DNA of 64,000 nucleotides from an uncultured Clostridia bacterium (GCA_948443805.1 CAOJUB010000003.1:69832-133831), one strand, 5' to 3'. Numbered from the stretch's first letter, positions 35,790 through 46,016 are shown. Notes: generated by a model from the letters alone, not told the origin. Translations and numbers: made by a program.

Positions 35790-37709
35790 TTATCTTACTC
35801 TTTGACCGAGAGGCGTGTCCTCGGAAAGAAATACTACTTTTACTTTGTCTTCACCGGAGGCAAGAATCATGCCGTTGCTTTCTTCTCCGCAGAGTTTTGC
35901 AGGGAGAAGGTTTGCGACAATGATTAATTTTTTCCCGATCAAATCTTCCGGTTGGTAAAATTTCGCGATACCCGATACGACCTGCCGGGTTTCATAACCG
36001 AGATCGACCTGCAGTTTGAGCAGCTTTTCCGACCGTTTTACTTTTTCACAGGCGGTAACCTGCGCGGTACGGAGTTCGACTTTCATAAAGTCGTCGATTC
36101 CGATTTTGGCGACGCCTTCCGGTTTCTTTGTTTCCGGTTTGTTTTGTTCCGCCTTTTCAGCAACGCTTTGCAGATATTTTTCTTTATCCACGCGGGCGAA
36201 AAGGTTTTCTGCTTTTCCGAGTTTTACCCCGGAGGTCAGCGCGCCGAATTCCTTCAGGGACGCGAAATCATTTTTTTCTGTATTCAGAATAGATAAAATT
36301 TTTTCCGATGTTTCGGGAAGATAGGGGGCGAGCATCACCGCGCCGAACCGGACGGCTTCGAGCAGGTTGTATAAAACGGTCTGCAGCCGCGGTTTGGTTT
36401 CTTCGCTTTTTGCCAGAATCCAGGGAGCAGTCTCGTCGATATATTTGTTTGTCCGGCGGAAGAAGGCGAAAATTTCTTCGATCGCTTCGGCGCAGTGCAG
36501 CGCTTCCATTTTTGAAAACATCTTTTTAAAAGCATCGTGCGCGGCCTGTTTGAGTTCTTTGTCCAACGGTTCTTCTTCTGCCGGAACCGGAATGACACTG
36601 CCGAAATATTTTTCGGTCATGGCCGCGGTACGGCTGACCAGATTACCCAAATTGTTGGCAAGATCGTTGTTATACCGTTCGACAACGGCTTCGTGGGTGA
36701 TCGAACCGTCGTTGGCATAGGGCATTTCCGAAAGCGCGTAGTGCCGCAGGCCGTCGGTTCCGAATACGGCCGCCAGTTCGTCGGCGTAAATGACATTGCC
36801 TTTGGATTTGCTCATTTTATCGTTGCCGAAATTGAACCACGGATGTCCGAATATCTGTTTGGGGAGCGGTTCGCCGAGCGCCATGAGCAGGATCGGCCAG
36901 TAAATGGTGTGGAACCGGAGAATATCTTTTCCTATAACATGTAGGTCGGCCGGCCAGTATTTTTTATATAATTCTCCCTGTTCATCGGTGTCATAGCCCA
37001 GCGCCGTAATATAGTTGGAGAGTGCGTCGATCCAGACATAAATTACGTGCTTGTCGTCAAACGGAACCGGAACGCCCCATTGGAAAGAGGAGCGGGAGAC
37101 GCAGAGATCCTGAAGCCCCGGTTTGAGGAAATTGTTGATCATTTCTTTTTTCCGGGATTCCGGAACGATAAAATCGGGATGTTCTTCGATATACTGCATC
37201 AGTCTGTCCTGATACGCGGACATTCTGAAAAAGTAGGCTTCTTCGTTGGTTTTAGTCAGCGGCCGGCCGCAGTCGGGGCAGATTCCGTCGGGCGCCTGTG
37301 TTTCGGTGAAAAAGCTTTCGCAGGGAACGCAGTATAAGCCTTCATACTGGCTTTTGTAGATATCTCCCTGTTCATAAAGCTTTTTGAATATATGCTGAAC
37401 GGCTTTTTCGTGGGAGGCGTCGGTTGTCCGGATGAAATGATCGAAATCTACGCCGGTGAGTTTCCAGAGCGCTTTAATCTGGTCGGAAATGCCGTCAACG
37501 TATTCCTTTGGCGTGACGTTCTGTTCTTTTGCCAGCGTTTCGATTTTTTGTCCGTGTTCATCGCTTCCGGTAAGAAAATAGACGTCGTATCCCGCCATTT
37601 TTTTAAAGCGGGCGAGCGCATCGGTAAAAATCGGTTCATAGGTGTTGCCGATGTGTGGTTTTCTTGAAGCGTATGCGATGGCAGTTGTCACATAAAATTT
37701 TTCTTTCAC
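35790..37709 (-). CDS. metG: Methionine--tRNA ligase with C-terminal tRNA-binding (EMAP-like) domain
   Basis: HIGN variant (PHIGNTYE), KMSKS, and a Zn knuckle CPDCG. GTG start 7 nt after AGGAGG. Confidence 0.95.
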   Translation of the reverse strand: MKEKFYVTTAIAYASRKPHIGNTYEPIFTDALARFKKMAGYDVYFLTGSDEHGQKIETLAKEQNVTPKEYVDGISDQIKALWKLTGVDFDHFIRTTDASHEKAVQHIFKKLYEQGDIYKSQYEGLYCVPCESFFTETQAPDGICPDCGRPLTKTNEEAYFFRMSAYQDRLMQYIEEHPDFIVPESRKKEMINNFLKPGLQDLCVSRSSFQWGVPVPFDDKHVIYVWIDALSNYITALGYDTDEQGELYKKYWPADLHVIGKDILRFHTIYWPILLMALGEPLPKQIFGHPWFNFGNDKMSKSKGNVIYADELAAVFGTDGLRHYALSEMPYANDGSITHEAVVERYNNDLANNLGNLVSRTAAMTEKYFGSVIPVPAEEEPLDKELKQAAHDAFKKMFSKMEALHCAEAIEEIFAFFRRTNKYIDETAPWILAKSEETKPRLQTVLYNLLEAVRFGAVMLAPYLPETSEKILSILNTEKNDFASLKEFGALTSGVKLGKAENLFARVDKEKYLQSVAEKAEQNKPETKKPEGVAKIGIDDFMKVELRTAQVTACEKVKRSEKLLKLQVDLGYETRQVVSGIAKFYQPEDLIGKKLIIVANLLPAKLCGEESNGMILASGEDKVKVVFLSEDTPLGQRVR

Positions 37710-37768
37710 TCCGCAGCCTCCTGAAAAGCAGTTGATGAGAACAACTTTGAAAATTTAATATATTTTAT

Positions 37769-37797
37769 AGTATATCACAAGAGTTCCGGAAAATCAA
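37769..37797 (-). promoter_or_regulatory. Candidate metG promoter
   Basis: On the minus strand: TTGATT (37797-92), 17-nt spacer, TATACT (37774-69). The leader is only ~50 nt. Confidence 0.5.
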
Positions 37798-37942
37798 TGA
37801 TTTTTTAAAAAAATTCATCAATTCTGAACAGAAATCGTTAAATGTGCAAAGAAAATTACCCGGTGTTCCTTCCATTTTTCGACAGTTTTATCATCTGCCG
37901 TTTAATTTCTGCAACAAAATTCGGAAATTGTCGGCGCTTCTC

Positions 37943-37971
37943 TTTACTTTGTTTCCATTCTATGGTATACT
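37943..37971 (+). promoter_or_regulatory. Candidate glyA promoter
   Basis: TTTACT (37943-48), 17-nt spacer, TATACT (37966-71), with TGG immediately upstream of the -10. Confidence 0.4.
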
Positions 37972-38059
37972 ATCAGGTAGAAAAATTGAACGGAGAGTCC
38001 GGCCGGGCAACGGCCTTCGCCGTTTGGTTGAAAAGATGATGAGAGGGCTTGAGAACAGG

Positions 38060-39298
38060 ATGGAAAATATCGATTTTGTAAAAAGATGGGATCCGGAAGT
38101 CGGTTCCGCAATGGAAAAAGAATTTAACCGCCAGTGCGGCAATATTGAGCTGATTGCTTCGGAGAATATTGTTTCCGAGGCTGTTATGGCGGCAATGGGC
38201 AGCATTCTTACCAATAAATATGCCGAAGGCTATCCGGGCAAACGGTATTACGGCGGCTGTGAGTGCGTGGATATTGTTGAGGATATCGCCCGCGACCGCG
38301 CGAAGAAACTGTTCGGGGCGGAGCATGCAAACGTTCAGGCGCACAGCGGCGCACAGGCCAATACCGCCGTTTATTTTGCGTTTCTGCGTCCCGGCGATAC
38401 CATTCTCGGGATGAATCTTGCGCATGGCGGACATCTGACGCACGGTTCTCCGGTGAATATCTCCGGTTCTTATTTTAATATCGTTCCTTACGGTGTGGAT
38501 GATGTGACGCACCGGATCAATTATGATGAAGTGGAACGGCTGGCCAAAGAACATAAACCGAAAATGATCGTTGCCGGCGCGAGCGCGTATCCGCGGACGA
38601 TTGATTTTGAACGGTTTGCCGAAATCGCGCATTCGGTCGGCGCGCTACTGATGGTCGATATGGCGCATATTGCGGGGCTTGTTGCAGCCGGTCTGCATCC
38701 GTCTCCTGTACCGTATGCCGATATTGTAACCACGACTACCCACAAAACGCTGCGGGGGCCGAGAGGCGGTCTGATTCTCTGCAAAGAAGAGTATGCAAAG
38801 GCGATAGACAAAGCGATCTTCCCCGGTATCCAGGGTGGTCCTTTGATGCACGTGATCGCATCGAAAGCCGTTTGTTTCGGCGAGGCTCTCAAACCCGAAT
38901 TTAAAGAATACCAGGCGCAGATTGTCAAGAATGCGAAGGTTTTGGCCGATTCGTTGGTAAACTATGGCTTTGACCTGGTTTCCGGCGGTACCGACAATCA
39001 TCTGATGCTGGTTGATCTCCGGAAATTCCATATTACCGGAAAAGAAATGGAAAAACGTCTTGACGAAGTCCGGATCACGGCAAACAAGAATGCGATTCCC
39101 AACGACCCCGAAACCCCGTTTGTTACCAGCGGCGTAAGGCTCGGCACGCCGGCTGTGACTTCAAGAGGCTTCAAGGAAGAAGATATGAAGATTGTTGCCG
39201 AATGTATTTACGATACCGCTGTTTCCGACGCGAAGAATGCGGAAACGCTGGAAAAAGTAAAGACGCTCTGCGAAAAACATCCGATTTATCAGGCCTGA
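38060..39298 (+). CDS. glyA: Serine hydroxymethyltransferase
   Basis: [41 protein letters not shown] (PLP lysine). ATG 38060 gives ~412 aa. The long N-terminal extension in the ORF track is unlikely. Confidence 0.93.
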   Translation: MENIDFVKRWDPEVGSAMEKEFNRQCGNIELIASENIVSEAVMAAMGSILTNKYAEGYPGKRYYGGCECVDIVEDIARDRAKKLFGAEHANVQAHSGAQANTAVYFAFLRPGDTILGMNLAHGGHLTHGSPVNISGSYFNIVPYGVDDVTHRINYDEVERLAKEHKPKMIVAGASAYPRTIDFERFAEIAHSVGALLMVDMAHIAGLVAAGLHPSPVPYADIVTTTTHKTLRGPRGGLILCKEEYAKAIDKAIFPGIQGGPLMHVIASKAVCFGEALKPEFKEYQAQIVKNAKVLADSLVNYGFDLVSGGTDNHLMLVDLRKFHITGKEMEKRLDEVRITANKNAIPNDPETPFVTSGVRLGTPAVTSRGFKEEDMKIVAECIYDTAVSDAKNAETLEKVKTLCEKHPIYQA

Positions 39299-39312
39299 CA
39301 ATATAAAAACAG

Positions 39313-39348
39313 ACCGCTTTCCCAATCGGTGGGGAAGCGGTTTTTTTT
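39313..39348 (+). terminator. Intrinsic terminator after glyA
   Basis: ACCGCTTTCCC (39313-23) pairs with GGGGAAGCGGT (39331-41), followed by T8. Confidence 0.8.
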
Positions 39349-39351
39349 CTA

Positions 39352-39384
39352 TGGAAAAACCGGGCTGTTGTTACAGCCCGGTTT
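39352..39384 (-). terminator. Intrinsic terminator after ackA
   Basis: AACCGGGCTGT (39358-68) pairs with ACAGCCCGGTT (39373-83). On the minus strand a T5 run follows. Confidence 0.75.
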
Positions 39385-39421
39385 GGAAATTCTGATTTTT
39401 TGCGGTCGCCGCAGCGGGGAC

Positions 39422-40645
39422 TTACTTTCCGCTTACAATTTCCATGGTGTCTTTGGCGATCATCAGTTCCTCGTTTGTCGGAACGACCATCAGGTGGAGT
39501 TTGGTCTGTTCGGGATTTTGGGAAAGATCCACTTCCACCCCGCGGGTGTTGTTTTTCTCTTCATCGATCTCTGCGCCGAGAAACGCCAGTTTATCTGCAA
39601 TCCGGGTGCGGTAATGCGGATTATTTTCGCCGATTCCTCCGGTGAAAACGACGGCATCAACGCCGCCCATGGCCGCCGCGTAGCCGCCGATCAGTTTCAC
39701 TAACTGATGGCAGAGCATATTTTCGATCAGCTGATAGCGTTTGTTTCCTTCTGCCGCGCCTTTCTCAATGTCGCGGTTATCGCTGGTAACGCCGCCGGTA
39801 ATCCCCAGGATTCCTGATTTTTTGTTCATGACTTCGTCAATCTGTTTGGCGTCAAGCCCTTCCTTCTGCATGAGCAGGGGGATGATGGCCGGGTCGATCG
39901 AACCGCAGCGGGTTCCCATCATAATCCCTTCCAGCGGCGTTAATCCCATGGAGGTGTCCAGACATTTTCCGCCGTCGACGGCTGCGACCGACGAGCCGTT
40001 TCCCAGATGGCAAGTGACGATTTTTAAATCTTTCGGGTCTTTGCCGAGAAGCTGAGCCGTTCTCATGCTGACATACCGGTGGGACGTTCCGTGGAATCCG
40101 TACCGTCTGATTTTATATTTTTCGTAATATTCATAGGGCAGGGCGTAGAGGTAGGCATAATCCGGCATGGTCTGGTGAAAGCCGGTATCGAATACGGCAA
40201 CCTGAGGGATTTTTCCCATGATTTCTTCACAGGCGAAAATTCCGGTCAGGTTATGCGGATTGTGAAGCGGGCCGAGTTCGGAACATTCCTTTACTGCTTC
40301 GACAACGTTATCATCAACGAGCACCGAACCGGAGAACTTTTCTCCGCCGTGCAGAACCCGGTGGCCAACGGCATCGATTTCCGACATGGAAGCGATAACG
40401 CCGTGCTCTTTATTGACCAGTGCGTCAACAATCAGCCGGATAGCATGGCTGTGGTTTTCGATCTGGATTTCTTTTTTATAGGTAAGATCTTTTTCCGGTA
40501 CCGTATGTTTGAAGTTCCCACCGGGAATACCGATTCTGTCGCACAGCCCCTTTGCCATGACCTTTTCGTTTGTCATATCAAAGAGCTGATATTTTACCGA
40601 AGACGATCCGGCGTTAATGACCAAAATTTTCATCTGTTTGTTCAT
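39422..40645 (-). CDS. ackA: Acetate kinase
   Basis: KILVINAGSSSVKYQLF, GFHGTSH, and the VVFTGGIGEN block. Alternative start ATG 40633. Confidence 0.93.
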   Translation of the reverse strand: MNKQMKILVINAGSSSVKYQLFDMTNEKVMAKGLCDRIGIPGGNFKHTVPEKDLTYKKEIQIENHSHAIRLIVDALVNKEHGVIASMSEIDAVGHRVLHGGEKFSGSVLVDDNVVEAVKECSELGPLHNPHNLTGIFACEEIMGKIPQVAVFDTGFHQTMPDYAYLYALPYEYYEKYKIRRYGFHGTSHRYVSMRTAQLLGKDPKDLKIVTCHLGNGSSVAAVDGGKCLDTSMGLTPLEGIMMGTRCGSIDPAIIPLLMQKEGLDAKQIDEVMNKKSGILGITGGVTSDNRDIEKGAAEGNKRYQLIENMLCHQLVKLIGGYAAAMGGVDAVVFTGGIGENNPHYRTRIADKLAFLGAEIDEEKNNTRGVEVDLSQNPEQTKLHLMVVPTNEELMIAKDTMEIVSGK

Positions 40646-40670
40646 CCCTTTTATTATTCAATATGATTGG

Positions 40671-40699
40671 ATTATACTATAGAATTGCTTGCTTTTCAA
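40671..40699 (-). promoter_or_regulatory. Sigma-A-type ackA promoter
   Basis: On the minus strand: TTGAAA (40699-94), 17-nt spacer, TATAAT (40676-71). Confidence 0.65.
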
Positions 40700-40767
40700 G
40701 AAATTTCCAGTAAAATTAAAAAAAATGTCAGAAACCCCGGCAGGAAAATTTGGAGTTGACAGAATTG

Positions 40768-41274
40768 CTATGCCGAACGGTTTGTTTTCATAATTCGTTC
40801 TGCAAGGTTGGAGACAAGAGGAATTTTTACCTCCTGATATTTCGCGGCGCCGATAATGCCGAAAATTTTTGCCGTGAGAAGCAAGACCGCCACGGCCAGA
40901 AGCAGCAGCGTTCCTATCAGCAGCGGGAGAATCATAACAATGACCGAGTTGGCAACGGCGGCTTCGCCTGCACCGTGAAGGGCGGCGGTTACCGAAGAGG
41001 TCAGGCCGAAAAGACTGAAAAAGATGATTCCGACTGCATAAATAAGGCTGGCGATTCCGGAAACACAGCCGAGAAGAAAGGCCTGCATGGCATGTTTTTT
41101 GACAAAACCGCTATTTTTTTCTACCAAATAAAGAACCAGCGGCGCAAGCCAGGAAAAACTGCCGACAAACGGAATGAAAGCAAGAATGATCGATGCGACG
41201 TAGGACAGCGCGGCGGCGATGTTGGCATCGAGGCCGAAAAGAGAGGATTGATGCGGCTGGCAGGAAACAGACAT
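40768..41274 (-). CDS. DUF4870-like membrane protein
   Basis: 168 aa with 4 TM helices. NIAAALSYVASIILAFIPFVGSFSWLAPLVLYLVEKNS resembles DUF4870. Confidence 0.6.
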   Translation of the reverse strand: MSVSCQPHQSSLFGLDANIAAALSYVASIILAFIPFVGSFSWLAPLVLYLVEKNSGFVKKHAMQAFLLGCVSGIASLIYAVGIIFFSLFGLTSSVTAALHGAGEAAVANSVIVMILPLLIGTLLLLAVAVLLLTAKIFGIIGAAKYQEVKIPLVSNLAERIMKTNRSA

Positions 41275-41392
41275 AAAGATTCCTCTTTCTGTATAAATTT
41301 TTCAGGAGAATTCAATTTTTTTCTTCTGAAATTATGATACCGTATTTTATCATGAGAATGTGACGAGTTTGTGACGGGGGATGCTTTCCGGC

Positions 41393-41421
41393 TTGACTTT
41401 TGATTTTGGTTATGGTATCAT
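41393..41421 (+). promoter_or_regulatory. Candidate topB promoter
   Basis: TTGACT (41393-98), 17-nt spacer, TATCAT (41416-21). Confidence 0.55.
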
Positions 41422-41456
41422 ATAAACCAAAATGAAATCAGGAAGGGTGGGAAAAG

Positions 41457-43583
41457 ATGCAGGTTATTATTGCCGAAAAACCGAGTTTGGCGCGGAATAT
41501 CGTGGCGGGAATCGAATCGTTCTGCGATTTCAGGATGGCAAAGCGCGGCGGGTATTATGAAGGCGGCGATTATCTTGTTACCTGGGCGTTCGGGCATCTT
41601 TTTTCGCTCGCCGATATTGAGGAATATAACCCGAATCCCGATGGGAACAACCGCTGGACGATGAAAAATCTTCCGTGTCTTCCGGAAACGTTCAAATTTA
41701 ACCTGCGGCGGGACGCGGCAAAACAGACCGACAGCGGTGTGGAAAAACAGTTTTCAACGATCAAACATCTCTGCGCCCGGCCGGACGTTGATTGTATCGT
41801 GAATGCGGGAGACGCCGACCGCGAAGGAGAGATTATTGTCCGGCTTTGTATTCAGCATGCCGAAATTGCGGGAAAAACTTTGAAAAGATTGTGGCTGCCC
41901 GATCAGACGCCCGAGACCATCCGGAACGCGCTGATGGAAATGAAAGAGGACGCCGCATATGACAATCTGGCCAATGAAGGGTTTTCCCGGACATATATCG
42001 ACTGGCTGTACGGCGTGAACCTGACCCGGTATGCAACGCTGAAAACCGGCACACTGCTGCGGGTCGGCCGGGTCATTGTTCCGATTGTCCGGGCGATTTA
42101 CGACCGGGATCTGTCGATCCGGAATTTTGTGCCGGAAACCTATTTCGCGATGGTCAGCAAAGCCGAAACAAACGGCGAGATGATTGAACTGGTCAGCAAG
42201 GAGCGGTTTGACAAAAAGGAGGAGCAGAAAGCGCTGGCCCGCTGTGCGGAATACAACGCCGCCGGCGCGCGGGTGCTTTCGGTCAAGAAAAAAAAGGATA
42301 CGGTCAAGCCCGGCAAGCTGTATTCTTTGACAAAACTGCAGAATATGCTCGGCAAAAAATATAAAATGCCGATGGAACAAAGCCTTGCGGCGCTGCAAAA
42401 ACTGTATGAGGCGGGGTATGTGACGTATCCGAGAACCAATTCGGAATACCTGGCGACGGCGGAAAAAGGAAAGATAAAAAAGATTCTGTCCAACGTTGAA
42501 AAAATGGGATATCCGGTGGCATTTAAGGATGCGAAAACCATTTTTGACGATGCCAAAATTGAATCCCATTCAGCCTTGACGCCTACCTATAAAATTCCGG
42601 ATCCCCAAAAGCTTTCTCTTGACGAACGGCAGGTTTATACGGCGGTTTTCCGCCGGTTTGCCGCGGTATTCTGTTCAGAGCCCTGTATTGCCGAGCGTTC
42701 GGAAATCAAAATCGCCGTTGGAACGGCGGGGCAGCCGCCGCTGGAAGAATTTACGCTGAAGGGAACGGTCATTACCGAAAAGGGCTGGACAAAATTTGAT
42801 GATTATAACCAGAAAGACAAGCTGCTGCCGAAACTGGAAAAGGGCGATGAAGTGGCCGTCCATTTTGTCCCGACCGAAAAAGAAACAACGCCGCCCCGCC
42901 ATTATACAATAGAAACGCTGAATAATTACCTGAAAAATCCGTTTAAAGAAGAAAAAGCGGCGGCGTCTGAAAACGAAAGCGACGAAGAAGAATACCGCGC
43001 GGTGTTTGAGGGGCTGGAGCTCGGTACCGAGGCAACGCGGACAGGAATTATTGACAATGCGAGAAAAAGCGGCTATATCAACCTGAAAAAAGATGTATAC
43101 ACCATTCTTCCCGGCGGAGAATATCTGATCGAATCGCTGGAACGGATGGGAATTATGATGGATAAATACAAAACGTCGGAATTGGGCCGGGCGCTTAAAA
43201 AGGTGTTCCGCGGTGAAATTACGGTAGAGGACAGCGTAAAAATCGCCAAAGATGAAATTCTCCGTGTGTTTAACCGACCGGTTCAGACGGATCCGTCGCT
43301 GGATACCGACACCGGTTTCTTCGGCGATGTTGCCGGGAAATGTCCGCTCTGCGGAAACGAGGTTCGGCGGACAAAATTCGGGTATGGCTGCGCCGGTTAC
43401 AAGGAAGGCTGTAAATTTTCGATCAATGCCTTTATCTGCGGCCGGGCGATTTCTCTTTCCAATGTCCGCCAGCTGCTGCAAACGGGGAAGAGTTATAAAA
43501 TCAGGGGATTTCTTTCAAAAAATAAAAAAGAGTTCGACGCCTTTCTGAAACTGGAAGAAGGCAGGGCGAAGTTCGAATTTTAA
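41457..43583 (+). CDS. topB: DNA topoisomerase III
   Basis: Toprim N-terminus (VIIAEKPSLARNI), the GYVTYPRTNSEY active-site Tyr block, and C-terminal Zn ribbons CPLCG / CAGYKEGC. Confidence 0.92.
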   Translation: MQVIIAEKPSLARNIVAGIESFCDFRMAKRGGYYEGGDYLVTWAFGHLFSLADIEEYNPNPDGNNRWTMKNLPCLPETFKFNLRRDAAKQTDSGVEKQFSTIKHLCARPDVDCIVNAGDADREGEIIVRLCIQHAEIAGKTLKRLWLPDQTPETIRNALMEMKEDAAYDNLANEGFSRTYIDWLYGVNLTRYATLKTGTLLRVGRVIVPIVRAIYDRDLSIRNFVPETYFAMVSKAETNGEMIELVSKERFDKKEEQKALARCAEYNAAGARVLSVKKKKDTVKPGKLYSLTKLQNMLGKKYKMPMEQSLAALQKLYEAGYVTYPRTNSEYLATAEKGKIKKILSNVEKMGYPVAFKDAKTIFDDAKIESHSALTPTYKIPDPQKLSLDERQVYTAVFRRFAAVFCSEPCIAERSEIKIAVGTAGQPPLEEFTLKGTVITEKGWTKFDDYNQKDKLLPKLEKGDEVAVHFVPTEKETTPPRHYTIETLNNYLKNPFKEEKAAASENESDEEEYRAVFEGLELGTEATRTGIIDNARKSGYINLKKDVYTILPGGEYLIESLERMGIMMDKYKTSELGRALKKVFRGEITVEDSVKIAKDEILRVFNRPVQTDPSLDTDTGFFGDVAGKCPLCGNEVRRTKFGYGCAGYKEGCKFSINAFICGRAISLSNVRQLLQTGKSYKIRGFLSKNKKEFDAFLKLEEGRAKFEF

Positions 43584-43607
43584 CGGCTGAACGGGGGAGG
43601 GGAGGCT

Positions 43608-44306
43608 GTGAAACGGCTTATGCAGGTTCTGGCGGCGGTTTTTTTGTTTGTTGCCGCCGTTGGTTTTTCCGTGTTGTTTACCTTGCATTTCCGGCCGCTG
43701 TATTATTTTGATATCGGGTATCTGAATCTGTCTGCCGATTCGGGACTGGTCGAGACTGAGATTCGGGAGAATTACGATGCGCTGATTGACTATTGCACCG
43801 GATTTTCCGACCGGGAACTGCAGCTGCCGTCTTTGCCGTCATCGGAACAGGGGACGGTTCATTTTGCGGAAGTGCAGACGATTTTTCGGATGTTTGGGGT
43901 TCTTTTTCTTGCGGGTTTCCTGCTTTCGGCGCTTTTTATTTGGCTGCTGCGGCGGGAAAAACCGGCGTACCTGCTGATTTTTTCGGCGTTTTCTATTGCC
44001 ATTCCCGCGATAATCGGTCTGTCGATTGCGATCAACTGGCAGGCGGTGTTTTTTCTGATGCACCGGGTTCTTTTCCGGAATACCTATTGGTTTTTTGATC
44101 CGGAGACCGATCCCGTAATCCTGATTTTGCCATCGGAATTTTTTATGCACTGCGGCGTAATGATCGTCTGTTTGATTCTTTTATTCGCCGCCGTTTCTTT
44201 CGGGATTTATTGGGTTATGCGGCGCCGGCTGAGGAAAAAAAGACAGATCATAAAAGTTTCGGCAGAACAGAAACCGGAGGAAAAGCAGCCGGTTTCTGTT
44301 TCCTGA
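43608..44306 (+). CDS. TIGR01906/DUF1461 integral membrane protein (Lit-like)
   Basis: FRPLYYFDIGYLNLS...EIRENYDALIDYC...VHFAEVQTIF pattern. 4-5 TM helices. GTG start after a G-rich SD. Confidence 0.68.
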   Translation: MKRLMQVLAAVFLFVAAVGFSVLFTLHFRPLYYFDIGYLNLSADSGLVETEIRENYDALIDYCTGFSDRELQLPSLPSSEQGTVHFAEVQTIFRMFGVLFLAGFLLSALFIWLLRREKPAYLLIFSAFSIAIPAIIGLSIAINWQAVFFLMHRVLFRNTYWFFDPETDPVILILPSEFFMHCGVMIVCLILLFAAVSFGIYWVMRRRLRKKRQIIKVSAEQKPEEKQPVSVS

Positions 44307-44317
44307 GAAAATCGGAT

Positions 44318-44355
44318 AAAAAAAACGGCGCGGAAATTTCCGCGCCGCTGTTTTT
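44318..44355. terminator. Bidirectional terminator
   Basis: A8, then the perfect 22-nt palindrome CGGCGCGGAAATTTCCGCGCCG (44326-47), then CTG and T5. Confidence 0.8.
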
Positions 44356-45595
44356 ATGAACCGGACGGTTCTTCGCTGCTTTTGCCTAAAAGGTGGGCGA
44401 TATACTGCCGTGCCGTACGGCCGGAAAGACCGCCTTTATGCAGTCCCCAAATTCTTGCGCCGTTGAGAAGTTCGGTTTCTTCCAAAGTGATTCCCGCTTT
44501 TTTTGCAAGATGTTTTACAATATCGTAATAATCCTTTTGCAGCGGTTTGATAAAGCAGATGGAAAGACCGAACCGGTCGGCCAGAGACAGTTTTTCCTGA
44601 ACCGAATCGGAACGGTGCAGTTCCTGGTCGGCCTGCTGCTTGTCGGCATAGGTTTCTTTTACAATATGGCGGCGGTTAGAGGTTGCATAGATCAGGATAT
44701 TTTTCGGGGAAGGGCAGAGTCCGCCCTCGATGACGGCTTTGAAATATTTGTATTCCACTTCGAATTCTTCAAAGGAAAGGTCATCGATATAAAGAATGAA
44801 AAAATAATTTCGTTTGGACAGTTCTTCCGCTATTTTTTTTAGGTGGACAAACGCGTGCCGGGTAATTTCGACCATCCGCAGTCCCTGCTCTCCGTATTCG
44901 GTAACGAGCGCGCGGACGCAGGTTGATTTTCCGGTTCCGCTGTCGCCGAAAAGCAGCGTGTTGTTCCCGCCCCGTCCGGCGAGAAAGCCCTCGGTGTTTT
45001 CTGTCAGTTGTTTTTTTTGTTCCGGATAACCCCACAGGTCGGAAAGGCGGGTTGGCTCCATGCGTTTGATCGGCATCATTTTTGCCGATTCGCTGTTGCC
45101 ATCGATATAAAAAGCGGTGTAAAGACCGAATTTTCCGGCTCCATGGTTCAGATAGAACGCCGTAACGGCATCGGCAAAGGCGGCGGCGCTGCGGCACTGA
45201 TCCAGCGTTTGCACGAAGTCTCGGATTTTCTGCGTTGCCTGGTTGGTTGTCATTCGCTTTTGCGTGAAAGACAAAAGCGGTTTCAGTTCCTTTTCAAAAG
45301 CGCTTTCCGAAAACGGAAAGGTATATAGCTGATACAGTTCCCGGAAATCCCGGATAGCCAGCGGACGCAGATCCTCGGCCCGGTCTTTTCTTTCACAGGC
45401 GAGGGTATACGGGTTTTCGTCTAAGATCATACCGGCGGCGATAATTCCGTGCCATAGGTTGCCGTCGATTCCGTACCGGGCGGCATAAGAAAGAAGTTCT
45501 GGTAGCAGGAGAAGGGCGTCCGGGTCGTTTTGCCGGATTTTTTCCCGCAGCGAAGACAGCGTCTGAAGAATTTTGGATTTTCCGTAAAATATCAT
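44354..45595 (-). CDS. DUF815 AAA-type ATP-binding protein
   Basis: GDSGTGKST P-loop, FILYIDDLSFEEFEVEYKYFKAVIEGG and IYATSNRRH blocks characteristic of DUF815. Confidence 0.8.
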   Translation of the reverse strand: MIFYGKSKILQTLSSLREKIRQNDPDALLLLPELLSYAARYGIDGNLWHGIIAAGMILDENPYTLACERKDRAEDLRPLAIRDFRELYQLYTFPFSESAFEKELKPLLSFTQKRMTTNQATQKIRDFVQTLDQCRSAAAFADAVTAFYLNHGAGKFGLYTAFYIDGNSESAKMMPIKRMEPTRLSDLWGYPEQKKQLTENTEGFLAGRGGNNTLLFGDSGTGKSTCVRALVTEYGEQGLRMVEITRHAFVHLKKIAEELSKRNYFFILYIDDLSFEEFEVEYKYFKAVIEGGLCPSPKNILIYATSNRRHIVKETYADKQQADQELHRSDSVQEKLSLADRFGLSICFIKPLQKDYYDIVKHLAKKAGITLEETELLNGARIWGLHKGGLSGRTARQYIAHLLGKSSEEPSGS

Positions 45596-45662
45596 ATTTC
45601 TTACTCTTTTCTTTTTCGGTCGGGTTTGGTCAGGTTTCGTTCCCGGCTCCTTTTTCTTCCTT

Positions 45663-45692
45663 ATTATACTACTTCTTCCTGCGGTTTGTCAA
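45663..45692 (-). promoter_or_regulatory. Candidate promoter of the DUF815 gene
   Basis: On the minus strand: TTGACA (45692-87), 18-nt spacer, TATAAT (45668-63). Confidence 0.55.
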
Positions 45693-45797
45693 TCGGTATT
45701 TTTACAGGGAAAAAGAGAATGTTTTGTTTAAAATTACCATAAAAAAAACAAAAATTAAATATTATCTATAAAAAAGGCAGAAATACCGCCGGTATGC

Positions 45798-45826
45798 TTG
45801 AAATGTCACAATTACTGTGTTATAAT
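45798..45826 (+). promoter_or_regulatory. Sigma-A-type promoter of the ilv-leu operon
   Basis: TTGAAA (45798-803), 17-nt spacer ending in TGT, TATAAT (45821-26). Confidence 0.7.
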
Positions 45827-45876
45827 ATACCCAACAAACTTCAGCGTGATAAAGTCGCTGGACAAAGAGGTTACGT

Positions 45877-45966
45877 ATGAGCTTTTCTTTTGCAGTGCTT
45901 GGCATACTTATTAGCATTATTAGCCTAGTCGTCGTGATTAGAAATAATGCCGAAAGTTGTGCCTGA
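45877..45966 (+). CDS. Candidate ilv-leu leader peptide (29 aa, MSFSFAVLGILISIISLVVVIRNNAESCA)
   Basis: AAAGAGG SD 6 nt before the ATG. 12 of the 15 residues at positions 7-21 are Ile, Leu or Val. It lies between the operon promoter and a terminator. It is below the ORF-track size cutoff. Confidence 0.6.
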   Translation: MSFSFAVLGILISIISLVVVIRNNAESCA

Positions 45967-46016
45967 AATTGCAAAGTAACAGTTCATTCGTGGAAACGGT
46001 GAAAAAATAGCTTTAC

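Noticed and set aside
37972-38059. Possible riboswitch (for example ZTP/pfl) or other structured leader upstream of glyA. Small hairpins GGCCG/CGGCC and AACGGC/GCCGTT are present.
   Set aside because: The leader is only ~85 nt. I could not find the conserved ZTP or other riboswitch cores, and there is no terminator or SD-sequestering helix. A cmsearch would settle it.
37844-38059. Long N-terminal extensions in the ORF track for glyA (37844), pheS (8549), the hydrolase (18039), the YfcE-like gene (to 61420), azlD (to 33141), ilvC (48212) and leuC (54184).
   Set aside because: The extensions overlap upstream genes or regulatory DNA and lack SDs. They also add residues absent from the family N-termini. 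Internal starts with proper SD spacing were chosen instead.
45715-45740. CodY-box-like AT-rich segment (GTTTTGTTTAAAATT) upstream of the ilv promoter.
   Set aside because: Only about 10 of 15 positions match AATTTTCWGAAAATT in an AT-rich background, which is not distinguishable from chance by eye.
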